A stretch of 64,000 bases of DNA. Source: a virus. The position numbers were made by a program, and so were the translations under genes. Location: IMG/VR virus record IMGVR_UViG_3300038312_000193; one strand, given 5' to 3'. Positions 1-10,610 of the stretch are shown piece after piece (the stretch's first letter is position 1; each line of letters begins with the position of its first letter). The notes beneath the pieces were generated by a model, which saw nothing but the letters and a program-made list of their open reading frames with translations, did not search any database and was not told the origin of the DNA.

Positions 1-1180
1 CAGTAGGACAAAGTAAATGAAAGGTTTTGCCTAATCTTTTAATCAAAGATAAAATTGCTTGAGTGGTGAATGATTTGCCTACACCTCCTCCACCATTTAA
101 AATACTTATATTATTTTCATAAAACATTTTAATTGCATTAAATTGTTCATCAGTTAATTCATCATCACCAATTTTTTTAAACTCATTAATACTTATTTCG
201 TCCCATTTATTTTTACTTTTTAATCCTTCAATAAGTCTTTCTGCTACATATAATTCGGTATTATAAGTTTCCAAAATTGATATACTTTTACTTTCTTTAT
301 CAATATGAAAATCTTCTGTATTTTTAATAGCTTCTATAAATTTATCACTACATTCAGGTGTTAGTTTATCAAATAACTTTCTAAATTCTACAATTGATAT
401 TCTAGTATGACCATCATTTTCATTTTGCTCTAATAAATATTCAATTGCAGACACGGCACGTTGAATAGATGTTTTTATATCAAAATCAAAATATACTAAA
501 GGTATTTTACCTTGTTTCTTTTGTAATTTTGATTCTTTATCTAATTCAAGAATAATACTATCTGCGGTTTTAAAAGAAATTTTAGATAGAGAACATAAGC
601 AATGATAAGGTTCATTTTGTATTTCTTGTTTAATCCTTAATGTAGAAGGATATCTATCGTATAACTTTCTAACGGTATTCATATCAAGTAATCCTTGGAA
701 CATCTCAATTAATTCAGCAAATACAAAATTTTCTTCTATTTTTTGCCTGATAATATTAAATCGGAATTGACCAATATTATATAATTTCTTTAAATCAATA
801 TCTTCAAGTCTATTATTTATAACCCTATCCACAATATCAGGATAACTTTCCATAATGGTTTTAACTTGATCTGGTGTTAATAATTCAGATAAAAACATAC
901 GAGTGGTATTTTCATTTGTAGGTCTATCCCGTTGGATATGGATAACTTTATATTGATACCCATATCCATTCTTAGATTTTTGTTCTTCAGCTTTAATATG
1001 ATACTCGATTCCTAATCCCAGATTATGTATATTGCCAAGAATAGTATAATTACCATATTTATTTTGCTTTATATTTGGGAATTTTTCTTTATCAATATCT
1101 ACTGCATATATCTTATATTTATCTGTATCATAAGAGCATATAAATGGTATGCAAGTAAATTCTTTAATTATTTTATCCAT
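1..1180 (-). CDS. RecD2-like SF1 helicase, 5' part (runs off the window start)
   Basis: Not in the ORF track. Manual translation from ATG at 1180 gives MDKIIKEFTCIPF..., followed by ...NEPYHCLCSLSKISFKTAD... and Walker A ILNGGGGVGKSFTTQAI near 60-105, matching the RecD2/TraA layout. Confidence 0.85.
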   Translation of the reverse strand, partial: MDKIIKEFTCIPFICSYDTDKYKIYAVDIDKEKFPNIKQNKYGNYTILGNIHNLGLGIEYHIKAEEQKSKNGYGYQYKVIHIQRDRPTNENTTRMFLSELLTPDQVKTIMESYPDIVDRVINNRLEDIDLKKLYNIGQFRFNIIRQKIEENFVFAELIEMFQGLLDMNTVRKLYDRYPSTLRIKQEIQNEPYHCLCSLSKISFKTADSIILELDKESKLQKKQGKIPLVYFDFDIKTSIQRAVSAIEYLLEQNENDGHTRISIVEFRKLFDKLTPECSDKFIEAIKNTEDFHIDKESKSISILETYNTELYVAERLIEGLKSKNKWDEISINEFKKIGDDELTDEQFNAIKMFYENNISILNGGGGVGKSFTTQAILSLIKRLGKTFHLLCPT

Positions 1181-2465
1181 TAATTACCTTTCTCTTTAAT
1201 AATAATTTTTCTTTTAATATATCTTCAATATTATCATAATCCCAATACCATATTTCTAAAAGATTTATATTATTATTCTCAGCATATTCTCTTTTTCTAC
1301 GATCATGTTCTAATTGTTTTTTTAAATTCTTCTTTATGTAATAGTTTCCATTGCCATCATGAAATTCCCCTTGATATTCTATAAGTAAATTATAATTAGG
1401 TAAATAGAAATCATAGGATAATAAACCTCCACCTAAACCTATAAGACTTTGAAATTCTTTTTGAAAATCATATTTTATATTATTTTTTATTAACCATTCT
1501 TCAATTTGTTTTTCGCCCTTAGATTGATTACATTGTGGGCAACGAAAATTATAAATATTTGAATTACTTATATTTCTTTTATAATCTTTATGTATTCCTT
1601 CAAAACATTTCCAATAAACATCTTTATTACTCATGGGTGCATATTCATAAGGAGAAGTTTTGTTTTTATCAGACCATATATTTAATACTTCTGGATACAA
1701 TGTTCCTAAACTGTCTAATGGATGTATTTTTCTATTAGCACAATATGAACATCTATTATTTTGAATAGTAAAATTAGATGGAAAAGTTTTATAACTTCCA
1801 TGATAGTTTTTAATTTGACATTTAATATATATTATTGTTTTATCAGAACCATAACTAATTTCCCAAGGATCAACTGTATTCTTTTCATAATCCCAATACT
1901 TCACAAGGAAATCTTCATCTAAATTATCTATTCCCCATTGTGCAAAGGAGTTACATGCTTTACAATCCATACCATGTAATTTATTTGTAAAATTATTTAA
2001 ATTTTTTAGTTCACTTTTATGTAATCCTCTTGGGCATTTAAAATAATACTTTTTCTTATTAACACTATAAGCAATTTCATTTGGTTTGCAATCATTTAAT
2101 TCATAATCCCACCTGTCAAGAATATCTTTATAATTATTTTCAATGCACCATTGTTCAAAAGATTTAGATTTTTTTAATTTAGTTTTTCTACATTTTTCTT
2201 TTCCAAATAAATTCGCAGAACATTTTTTACAATAATATCTACCATCATTTTTAACATGTTTTAAATAATTTTTCCAAGGTATATTTTTTAATTCTTTTCC
2301 ACAACCATCACATTCTATATCTATTTGAATATGGCTCCCTTTACTTATATCTTTAATATCAACTCTAAATTCATCACCTATATTAGTAAAAGAATAACCT
2401 TTAGCAATATAATAATTTTTATTCCTTGCTCTCCAATTCATTATTACGTATTTTGTTTTTATCAA
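1173..2465 (-). CDS. Zinc-ribbon-repeat endonuclease (probable free-standing homing endonuclease, C-terminal PD-(D/E)XK/Vsr-like domain)
   Basis: Repeated WDYEKN...C...H...CxxC units. C-terminal SKGEKQI...YDFYLPNYNLLIEYQGEFH...HDRRKREYA motif. Confidence 0.75.
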   Translation of the reverse strand: MIKTKYVIMNWRARNKNYYIAKGYSFTNIGDEFRVDIKDISKGSHIQIDIECDGCGKELKNIPWKNYLKHVKNDGRYYCKKCSANLFGKEKCRKTKLKKSKSFEQWCIENNYKDILDRWDYELNDCKPNEIAYSVNKKKYYFKCPRGLHKSELKNLNNFTNKLHGMDCKACNSFAQWGIDNLDEDFLVKYWDYEKNTVDPWEISYGSDKTIIYIKCQIKNYHGSYKTFPSNFTIQNNRCSYCANRKIHPLDSLGTLYPEVLNIWSDKNKTSPYEYAPMSNKDVYWKCFEGIHKDYKRNISNSNIYNFRCPQCNQSKGEKQIEEWLIKNNIKYDFQKEFQSLIGLGGGLLSYDFYLPNYNLLIEYQGEFHDGNGNYYIKKNLKKQLEHDRRKREYAENNNINLLEIWYWDYDNIEDILKEKLLLKRKVING

Positions 2466-2482
2466 ATAAAAATAACCACCTT

Positions 2483-5400
2483 TTAATATACTTCATAATC
2501 ATATAATATTTCTTCATCTTCATTTGTTTTTTGCCATTTACCATTTATATTTTTAGTTTTCTTTTGTATTTTAAATTTATTAACTTTTAAAACATCAAAT
2601 AATTTAAAGGATGATTCAATAAATATTTTTTCATTTGTTATTTTTGTTTTTAAATCATCACCTGTTTTTAAATTTCTTAAAGTTACATATGGTTTACATT
2701 TATTTTTATAAACCTTATATTCAACAACTATGTACAAACTTTTATCTGCTTTAGGATATATAACAGTTGTATATTCTAAAAATTCCATTTCAAATTTTAC
2801 CTGTTCTTTCACTGATAAAGGTTTATCTTCTATTAATTCTGAAATTTCCTTAATATAGGAGATAGTATCAATATCTTTATATAATTTATTTGTTTCTTTT
2901 TCAGTGTATTTAAGTAAAATATCTATATTCAACTCTAATTTTACTGCTTTGTCTTTATTAATCTGCTTAATATCCGCAATAGATTCATATAAATTAAGTA
3001 TTTCTAGAAGTTTTTTATTTTTCCCAAATTCACTAAAGAAATTTAATCCTGTAAGTATACGCAACTGACGAGAGTTAGTTGATGTTTTTTCTTTGATATC
3101 TTTGATTAAATCAATAAAGTTTGTATATTCACTTTCTTGCGATAGTTGATAAAGTTCTTGTGCTACTTGAGAATTAAGGAATTTAATTGAAGATACAGAT
3201 TTATAAATTATATTAGTTTCTTTATCAAATGAATAAATATTCGTAGATTTACCAAATTTAATATCAGAAAGTTTTATATTAAAATAAGGTAATTCTAATT
3301 GTATTTTACGAGTTCTTTCAGAATCCGATTCATACTCATTAAGTATTACAGTATAATATTCAAGCGGATAATTTGCTTTTAAATATGCACCATAAATACT
3401 ATCCCATGCAACACTAAGACTATGAGATGCATTAAAACTGTATCGTGAAGCATCTTCTACTACTTGCCATACTTCTTCAAATTTTTCATCATTACCTACA
3501 TTATTAACAAATCCATTACGCAATTCTTCTTTTAACTCAATTAATTCTTCTTCTTTAAATTTTTTCTTGGCAATCTTTTTTATAATATCGTAAGTATGAT
3601 CTTCTTTTAATCCACACCAAACAAGAAATGCCATTATTGATTCTTGATATAACATGAAATGATATGAAGGTTCTAATATATTATCAATTTCTTCTACTCC
3701 TGTTGAATATTTTTGCCTACTTAAAAAAGTATTTAAGAGACTTGCAAACCCTGGACGAATTGCAGCTACAAAACCACTAATTTCTGCTACATTAGATGGT
3801 TTATATTGTTTTACAAATGTTGTACTTAAATCTGTATCTACTTGATTAAGAGTTGCGGTTAACCCATTTTTGTATAAATCCCATACTTTATTATCAAGTA
3901 ATTCTTTTAATTCTCTAATTGTTGGTATTGGTTTATTTAATAATTTAAAAGTATCAGATATTATTTTCCAAACCCTAACTGTAAGGAAATCATTTTTAAG
4001 ATATTTCCAAACATCTGAAGTATATCCATCTATGCAAGCACATATTTCATCACCTACTTTAACTAATCCTAATTCCTTAGATATAGGTTTGTTTAACATT
4101 ACAAAACTACAAGGACTTGGTGATATACTTTCTATAACTCCTTGAAACATTTTAGATTCTTCAATTAAGTCTTTCCATTGTGGGTCTTTTCTATATTTAT
4201 CTAAATCTTTTCCTACTTCATTATATTGATCCATAGGCAAATCATATGCTCTACATAGATTTCTAAAAGCAGATGACTCTTTCATAAATCCAATAGCATA
4301 CATATAATAAACATTATCTTCTCCAAGGATATCTTTTGATGCTTTAATTGGTGCATCTACATTTGCCCAATTAAAATCTATATCTGGTAAGGATTTTGAA
4401 TCCAATATTCTTGCTACACTCATAAATCTTGTTGGATATAACGGCACTTCTGCTTCAAATCTATCTATTTCAGTGAATCCTAATAATTTATTAATATAGA
4501 AAGATACTGCCGATCCCCTACCTGTACGAGTAAGAACCCCATTATATTCATTTACTGCTTTATTTATAATCTTTTCATTGAGAAGAAAATAATCTGCCAT
4601 ATTGGTATTTTTGATGATATCATATTCAAATGCGATACCTTCCATATATTCTTTATATCTATTTGGATTTATATTCTTTCCTTCTTCTTTCCATTTTTGA
4701 ACTATTATAGATTTTAATTTTTTATTTGAATCTTCATTTGGATATATAGTAGGCATTTTAATTTCTTTATCAAAATATAACTCTTCACAATCATCAAAAA
4801 TAAGAGTATTTTTTATTGCTTCTTTTGCTTGTAATTCAGATAAAACACCTTGCTGTTTATATCTAGTTAAAATAGTTTCATAATCAGGATAATCTAATAT
4901 AAATCCATCTTCTTCATCGTATTTCAACCCTTTGCCTTTAAGAAACATATCTCTTTTATAACTATCTTCAGGATATATATAATGAGAATCATTTGCGTGA
5001 ATTATATCAATATTATATTGTTTATTTAATTCTAATATTTTTTGATTATATTTGACTTGATATTCATGCACATGTGCCTGTATTTCTAAATAAAAATTAT
5101 TTCCGAAATGTTTTAGTATTGGTTCTAAAAATATATTTCTACTCTCTTCATTTTTTAATATTCCAGCAACACAAGCAGATGTGATAATAAAATTATTAGG
5201 ATTAAGAGATAATAATAATTTTAAATCAATTCTTGGTTTATAATAAAAACCTGTTTTATTGGATTCAGACATAATTTCATTTAATTGATAGAAAGCATCC
5301 TGGTTTTTGCCAACTATAATAATATGGTTATTACTATTATCTTTTTCAAATCTATCTTTTACTATATATAGTTCTGCTCCATATATCATTTTCAAATTGT

Positions 5401-5578
5401 TTTTTTTACATAAATCATACATTTCTAAAAAGTTACCTGTCCAACCATGTTGTGTGGTAAACATTGTTGTATGATTTAGTTCCAATGTTCTATCAATATA
5501 ATCTTGTGGTTTCACAACACAATCTAGTGTTCTAATATTTGAATAATGACAATGTTTATGATAATTATTATATCTCAT
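2483..5578 (-). CDS. dnaE: DNA polymerase III alpha subunit (DnaE, SPbeta YorL-like)
   Basis: PHP domain (HKHCHYS, ANDSHY), GRGSAVS, PDIDF, KNDFL, YQESIM and YSFNASHS motifs. Confidence 0.95.
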   Translation of the reverse strand: MRYNNYHKHCHYSNIRTLDCVVKPQDYIDRTLELNHTTMFTTQHGWTGNFLEMYDLCKKNNLKMIYGAELYIVKDRFEKDNSNNHIIIVGKNQDAFYQLNEIMSESNKTGFYYKPRIDLKLLLSLNPNNFIITSACVAGILKNEESRNIFLEPILKHFGNNFYLEIQAHVHEYQVKYNQKILELNKQYNIDIIHANDSHYIYPEDSYKRDMFLKGKGLKYDEEDGFILDYPDYETILTRYKQQGVLSELQAKEAIKNTLIFDDCEELYFDKEIKMPTIYPNEDSNKKLKSIIVQKWKEEGKNINPNRYKEYMEGIAFEYDIIKNTNMADYFLLNEKIINKAVNEYNGVLTRTGRGSAVSFYINKLLGFTEIDRFEAEVPLYPTRFMSVARILDSKSLPDIDFNWANVDAPIKASKDILGEDNVYYMYAIGFMKESSAFRNLCRAYDLPMDQYNEVGKDLDKYRKDPQWKDLIEESKMFQGVIESISPSPCSFVMLNKPISKELGLVKVGDEICACIDGYTSDVWKYLKNDFLTVRVWKIISDTFKLLNKPIPTIRELKELLDNKVWDLYKNGLTATLNQVDTDLSTTFVKQYKPSNVAEISGFVAAIRPGFASLLNTFLSRQKYSTGVEEIDNILEPSYHFMLYQESIMAFLVWCGLKEDHTYDIIKKIAKKKFKEEELIELKEELRNGFVNNVGNDEKFEEVWQVVEDASRYSFNASHSLSVAWDSIYGAYLKANYPLEYYTVILNEYESDSERTRKIQLELPYFNIKLSDIKFGKSTNIYSFDKETNIIYKSVSSIKFLNSQVAQELYQLSQESEYTNFIDLIKDIKEKTSTNSRQLRILTGLNFFSEFGKNKKLLEILNLYESIADIKQINKDKAVKLELNIDILLKYTEKETNKLYKDIDTISYIKEISELIEDKPLSVKEQVKFEMEFLEYTTVIYPKADKSLYIVVEYKVYKNKCKPYVTLRNLKTGDDLKTKITNEKIFIESSFKLFDVLKVNKFKIQKKTKNINGKWQKTNEDEEILYDYEVY

Positions 5579-6338
5579 CTATATCCTCCGTATCGGCATA
5601 TTTAAATATAAAACCTCCTGCTGTTTTCCTATTGCCTTTACAAACATTACATATATCGCCTTTTTGAATATTAAGATAATCACTTGCTTCTTTAATGGAA
5701 TTATGTATTTTTATTATATTATTATTTTTATCAAGTTGTATTATTTTTTGTTTTCTCTTTTCTCCTTTTTCTTTTACAATAACATTTGGCTCAATATAAG
5801 TACCATCTTCATTTAAATATCGAAAAATTCTTCCGTTAACATTTAATCTTTTGCCTTTACAAACTTCAATTATATGAGAAGCATTAATTAAGTTCATTTC
5901 CATTTTTACTTCATATAATGATTTATATTTTTTAATAATATCTCCTTTAATATTTATTTCTGCTATAGGTTTTAATTCTCTGCCTTGTTTATGTCTGCCT
6001 CTTTCAACCATATCTTGTGAATTATCTTTAATACTTCCAACTTCTAAATGATCTGGATTTATACAGCATGGATTATCACATTTATGTCTAGTGATTTCTT
6101 TTGGAAATTCCAATAATTTTCTTCCTAATTTTTCTTCCAAAACAAGTCGATGAATACCATTGTTTACCATATTCAATTTTATTTGTGCATATCCTTGTTT
6201 ATTTAAAAAATGACTTACGCATTCCCAACATCCTGTTTTTTCATTAACAATGTACTCTATTGGTTTTCGATTATTTACTTTTTGATTATATTTATCTAAT
6301 ATTTTTAAATTTAGTATATTCTTATTAATATAATTCAC
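5568..6338 (-). CDS. HNH homing endonuclease with NUMOD1-like repeats
   Basis: HRLV...RHKCDNPCCINPDHLEVGSIKDNSQDM, plus two SxxEA...I..VCKGKR repeats. Confidence 0.85.
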   Translation of the reverse strand: MNYINKNILNLKILDKYNQKVNNRKPIEYIVNEKTGCWECVSHFLNKQGYAQIKLNMVNNGIHRLVLEEKLGRKLLEFPKEITRHKCDNPCCINPDHLEVGSIKDNSQDMVERGRHKQGRELKPIAEINIKGDIIKKYKSLYEVKMEMNLINASHIIEVCKGKRLNVNGRIFRYLNEDGTYIEPNVIVKEKGEKRKQKIIQLDKNNNIIKIHNSIKEASDYLNIQKGDICNVCKGNRKTAGGFIFKYADTEDIDEI

Positions 6339-6341
6339 CCC

Positions 6342-7493
6342 TTATAATATGTCATCCAACCAACCAAAATCTTCTGCTATAGATTTATCTTCAATTGTTT
6401 TTATACCATTTTGTAAATCTAATTCTTCTAAGTATTTCTTATATGGTAAATGCAATAAACTACTATAACCGCTTAAATTAGCATGATAATAACTACTTTC
6501 TCTAGTAACATCTTGCCAAAATATATTTTTGTCTTTTGTTTTTTCAAATTCATTTTCTTTTTTAATTATTTCGGTTATTATATTTATAATTTTATTTTTA
6601 TGTTCATTTATAATTTCTTCATTAAGTTCAACTTCCACATAGCAATCATTTATTTCAAATTTTTCTTTAACTTCATCTGGTAAACAATCTATCCCATTTA
6701 TATTAATCATTTGCTTTAAAAATATATCTATCTGGTTTTCATCATAATCAAAATACTTTAACCACATTTTAGCATTAGATTGTAAATTTTCTCCTATAAC
6801 ATTTCTTTCAATTTGCCTTATTTTTATATCACCTTTTTTTTGAGTATATGAAACATTAACGTATTTCATAAAGTTAAATCTAATAATTATATCTTCATAC
6901 GGTATATTGTTTTTTTGATGTATACCTTCACCATAAAGTAAAAGCTGACCTGAATTATCTATTAACTTTTGACCTTTGTAAATAGAACTAGTTTTCCAAT
7001 CTGTAAGAATTACTTTTTTTCTGCCATCTCTTACTTCAACATTAAGAAAATCAATATAACCCTGGAAATATTGATTACCAATTTTGATTAAAATAAATGG
7101 TTCTATAATTGGTTTATCGGTAATTCGTTTATGATTTAAAAAGAAATGTCTCATGCAATCTTCATATTTTTTTGCTATCTTTTCATTCTTATCTTTATCG
7201 GTTCTATCATATAATAATCCCATAGTATTAAATTCAAATAATTTATCTTCATATAATTCAAGCATTTCTTGATGATTTAATTTGCCTCTATAAAATTCTT
7301 CCATACTTTCATGAGAAATTGTACCTGATACATTGTAAATTGAATCATTTCTATCTTCTGGTACTTTTAATATATATTTGAGTAGATATTCATAAGGATC
7401 AGTCATATATGTATTAAGTCTACTCCATGACCATAATCTACTAATATTAAGTTCTTTTTTTATTTGCTCTAATTCTTCACTTGTTTTTCGCAT
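6342..7493 (-). CDS. PD-(D/E)XK superfamily nuclease
   Basis: SWSRL, GTISHESME, FQGYIDFL, TDWKTS and QLLLY motifs. Confidence 0.8.
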   Translation of the reverse strand: MRKTSEELEQIKKELNISRLWSWSRLNTYMTDPYEYLLKYILKVPEDRNDSIYNVSGTISHESMEEFYRGKLNHQEMLELYEDKLFEFNTMGLLYDRTDKDKNEKIAKKYEDCMRHFFLNHKRITDKPIIEPFILIKIGNQYFQGYIDFLNVEVRDGRKKVILTDWKTSSIYKGQKLIDNSGQLLLYGEGIHQKNNIPYEDIIIRFNFMKYVNVSYTQKKGDIKIRQIERNVIGENLQSNAKMWLKYFDYDENQIDIFLKQMININGIDCLPDEVKEKFEINDCYVEVELNEEIINEHKNKIINIITEIIKKENEFEKTKDKNIFWQDVTRESSYYHANLSGYSSLLHLPYKKYLEELDLQNGIKTIEDKSIAEDFGWLDDIL

Positions 7494-8565
7494 TATCTAT
7501 CTCCTTTAAATGTTCTTTATGCTCTTTTTCATCATATTTTATTTTATGTTTTAATAAAAATTTATATAATTTATCAGGTAAATCAGATGGACTATCTTTT
7601 TCTCCTAGTAAATCATATTTATCCCATGTATAGAATATATTGCGGATTCCATAAAATCGCTCACATTCAGAACGAATATGTTTAAGTGAAACATCTTTAT
7701 CATATTGTATTATGATGTCTACATTAAGACCGATTAAAATTTTAACTTGTTCATCACTAAGATTATGTGAACCTATTGCAACACAAGTTTCATCTAATCT
7801 ACTATGGCGTTTTAATACCGCTTTCTCACTTTCAAATACCGATATTTCACCTACTTCTTGAATACTTTTATAATTCTCTTGAAGACCATATAAATTAATC
7901 CCTTTAGAATAAGATTTAAGAGGATAATATTTTGCTATATCAAATAAATCAAAATTTTTTATCGTAGTTCTACCAATAATTCCTATGTAATCATCTTCTT
8001 CTCCTGCCCAATACCTAACAGGTATAACAATTCTTTTATGTTTATAACTGTAACCAATATTAAATCTTTTACGAGTAAATTCCATTATCCCATCTTCTTT
8101 AACCCAATCTATATACAAGCATGGTTCATATTCTTCTATTATCGTGTTGTCATATATTTCAATATCATTAATATTAACGGTATTTCTTTTACGTTTTATT
8201 TTTTTGAAGATTTCTAATGGATCAATTTTATCTTCTTCTTGTTTATTTTTATTTTTTAATTTTTTATATTGATATTTTAATCCGAATAAATTATGTAAGT
8301 ACTTATTTGCTTCTACAAATGATATATTTTTTATATGCATTACAAGAGTAATTATATTCCCTCTTAAAATTCCACCTTCTGATTGGAATATTTTTGTTTT
8401 TAAAGTATCTTTTTTAATTGCCACACTTGTTTTATTTTTATGTCCTGGTAATCCGCAACGATATTCGGTTGTATATGGTTTCAAATCATGACAACCTAAA
8501 TCATCAAGAATTACTTTTAAAGAATCATTTTTTATAATATATTCAATTAATTCTGTTGCTGTCAC
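7477..8565 (-). CDS. DNA primase (YorJ-like)
   Basis: RIVIPVR...GIIGRT, NLYGLQEN, TOPRIM FESEK...YDKD. Adjacent to the helicase. Confidence 0.85.
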   Translation of the reverse strand: MTATELIEYIIKNDSLKVILDDLGCHDLKPYTTEYRCGLPGHKNKTSVAIKKDTLKTKIFQSEGGILRGNIITLVMHIKNISFVEANKYLHNLFGLKYQYKKLKNKNKQEEDKIDPLEIFKKIKRKRNTVNINDIEIYDNTIIEEYEPCLYIDWVKEDGIMEFTRKRFNIGYSYKHKRIVIPVRYWAGEEDDYIGIIGRTTIKNFDLFDIAKYYPLKSYSKGINLYGLQENYKSIQEVGEISVFESEKAVLKRHSRLDETCVAIGSHNLSDEQVKILIGLNVDIIIQYDKDVSLKHIRSECERFYGIRNIFYTWDKYDLLGEKDSPSDLPDKLYKFLLKHKIKYDEKEHKEHLKEIDNAKNK

Positions 8566-8582
8566 AATTTATATTTCACCAC

Positions 8583-10082
8583 CTACCAATCAATTGCTAC
8601 ATGAGTGATACCTACTTCTTTCATAATATTACGTGACATATCATGTTCTATGACTACTTGATAAGCATTGGCACTACCTTCTCTATTTTTTATAATAAAG
8701 ACAATTTGATACCTCTTATCAGCATCTAATTTTACTGGAATTTTAGTTTTACCATTTTTACCTTCAAGTCTATATACTTTTAATTCATGTTTACCATCAG
8801 GAAATTCATCGTCTAAAACGTCTCTAATCATAATACAAGTACTTGCTGGATCAACAATATTTTTTGAAACACCTATATTATCTTGCGTGTAATACCGTTG
8901 TTTAGCACTACCTTTAACTAATTGAAATGTACAAGTTATATGTAGATTTTTTGCTTCTGGTTTTACAACATCATTAATATCAACCATAGCTTGTTGCATT
9001 TCTAACCATGAATTATTTGTTACTTTTCCAGCATCCATTTTAAAAGTATCAAGAACAAAATATTTAACACCCATACTGGCATATTTTTTAATTACTTTAA
9101 TAGCTTTAGAAGTTTCATATTTTTCAAAAGGTATAAGTGTAATAGTATGATTATTAGCTTGTTGTTTTAACCATTCGGCACTCTCTCTTAATATTTGAAT
9201 TACTTCATCACTATATTTTCCATCTCTAACTATGTATTTTTGTAAATCCTTCTTGAATATATTATTGGCAATCCATACTAACATTTCTCTTTGCCATTTC
9301 TTTTTTCCATCTTCGTTTAATATTATTACAACCTTTTCTTTTTCTTTAATAATACTAGGTATAGTAACCGATCTTGCGAATGTACTTTTACCTACATTTG
9401 ATAACCCACCAATTAAAGTAATGTTGCCTATTAACATACCACCTGTTTCTTTATTTATAAGTGGTAGATTATAAAAAGGCAGACCTATCGCAATACCTTC
9501 ATTCAATTCTTCAATTAAATCATCAATGCCATCAGTAATACAATAACTTTGCACATCTCCTTCTACGTTAACAAATACATGATTTAGTTGAGTTTCAAAC
9601 ATATCATAAATTTCTTCTGCATTCATATCTACAAATTGTTTAATCTTATCATGAATAGGAAATCTTCTTGCTAATAATTGCAATACGGCATTCCACTTAT
9701 TTAACTCATTAATATAACCACCGATATTTTCAACAATAACATATTCTTTAGATTTATCAATGGTATCATAACCACCATATTCATCATACTTTTGTTTAAG
9801 TTTAGGATGTTTTTCAAGATATAATCCAACAGTAATATCATCTAAAGACTTTTTGCTTTCTTTAACAATAATGTCATAACCAATTTGCCAATAAACACGC
9901 CAGATGTTATTACTAAAACTTTTAAGGTTCAATTTATCATATGTAAAATATAAATCAGGATTTTTATACAGAATAGCAACTATATTTGCTTCACACGCAA
10001 GTTTATATTCTTGAACTTGTTTACTACTTTTAATCAATTCAATTTCTAATGGGGTTAATTCTTTGTCTTTTTTATCTGCCAT
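8583..10082 (-). CDS. Replicative DnaB-like helicase (YorI-like)
   Basis: Walker A GGLSNVGKST, FVLDTFK, TFQL and KNREG arginine finger. Confidence 0.88.
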   Translation of the reverse strand: MADKKDKELTPLEIELIKSSKQVQEYKLACEANIVAILYKNPDLYFTYDKLNLKSFSNNIWRVYWQIGYDIIVKESKKSLDDITVGLYLEKHPKLKQKYDEYGGYDTIDKSKEYVIVENIGGYINELNKWNAVLQLLARRFPIHDKIKQFVDMNAEEIYDMFETQLNHVFVNVEGDVQSYCITDGIDDLIEELNEGIAIGLPFYNLPLINKETGGMLIGNITLIGGLSNVGKSTFARSVTIPSIIKEKEKVVIILNEDGKKKWQREMLVWIANNIFKKDLQKYIVRDGKYSDEVIQILRESAEWLKQQANNHTITLIPFEKYETSKAIKVIKKYASMGVKYFVLDTFKMDAGKVTNNSWLEMQQAMVDINDVVKPEAKNLHITCTFQLVKGSAKQRYYTQDNIGVSKNIVDPASTCIMIRDVLDDEFPDGKHELKVYRLEGKNGKTKIPVKLDADKRYQIVFIIKNREGSANAYQVVIEHDMSRNIMKEVGITHVAIDW

Positions 10083-10096
10083 TTATTCACCATCCA

Positions 10097-10564
10097 TTAC
10101 CACAATTCATCTAGTTCATTATTCACCTTTTTATCTTTAGATTTATTTTTATATTCAGCACCTTCATGAATCACATTCGTAAGATCAATTTTTTCTATTT
10201 TTTCTTCGGATTTAACTTTTTGCTTTAATCTATTAACAACATCATTAATATCTTTTTCAATTATTATCATTATTGTATTGAATTTATGTTGCTCATTTTG
10301 AAAACTAGATGATTTTACAATTTCTTTTATCTTTATTTTATTAAGTTTAAAAGTATATAATATATGTTTATATTCATATTTAGCCATAGGTTTGACATAT
10401 TTATTTGCCATAAATTTACCTTCGACTAAACCTTTTAATCGTAAAATCATATACTTAGGTAATGCTTGATTTGTATATTCAAATATTTCTGTTTTTATGT
10501 ATTGATATAATTCATCCCAATCATCTTTTTCTTGCTGTGTCATTTTTACCATTTTAAATTTCAC
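10097..10564 (-). CDS. Conserved phage replication-module protein (YorH-like position)
   Basis: Position between helicase and AAA ATPase as recalled for SPbeta-like phages. No catalytic motif seen. Confidence 0.5.
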   Translation of the reverse strand: MKFKMVKMTQQEKDDWDELYQYIKTEIFEYTNQALPKYMILRLKGLVEGKFMANKYVKPMAKYEYKHILYTFKLNKIKIKEIVKSSSFQNEQHKFNTIMIIIEKDINDVVNRLKQKVKSEEKIEKIDLTNVIHEGAEYKNKSKDKKVNNELDELW

Positions 10565-10578
10565 CTACTTTAAAGAAT

Positions 10579-10599
10579 TAGAGGGGATATACCCCTCTA
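10579..10599. terminator. Intergenic hairpin TAGAGGGG-n5-CCCCTCTA
   Basis: Perfect 8-bp inverted repeat just after the stop of 10611..11777. Confidence 0.5.
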
Positions 10600-10610
10600 T
10601 TTAATTTAAA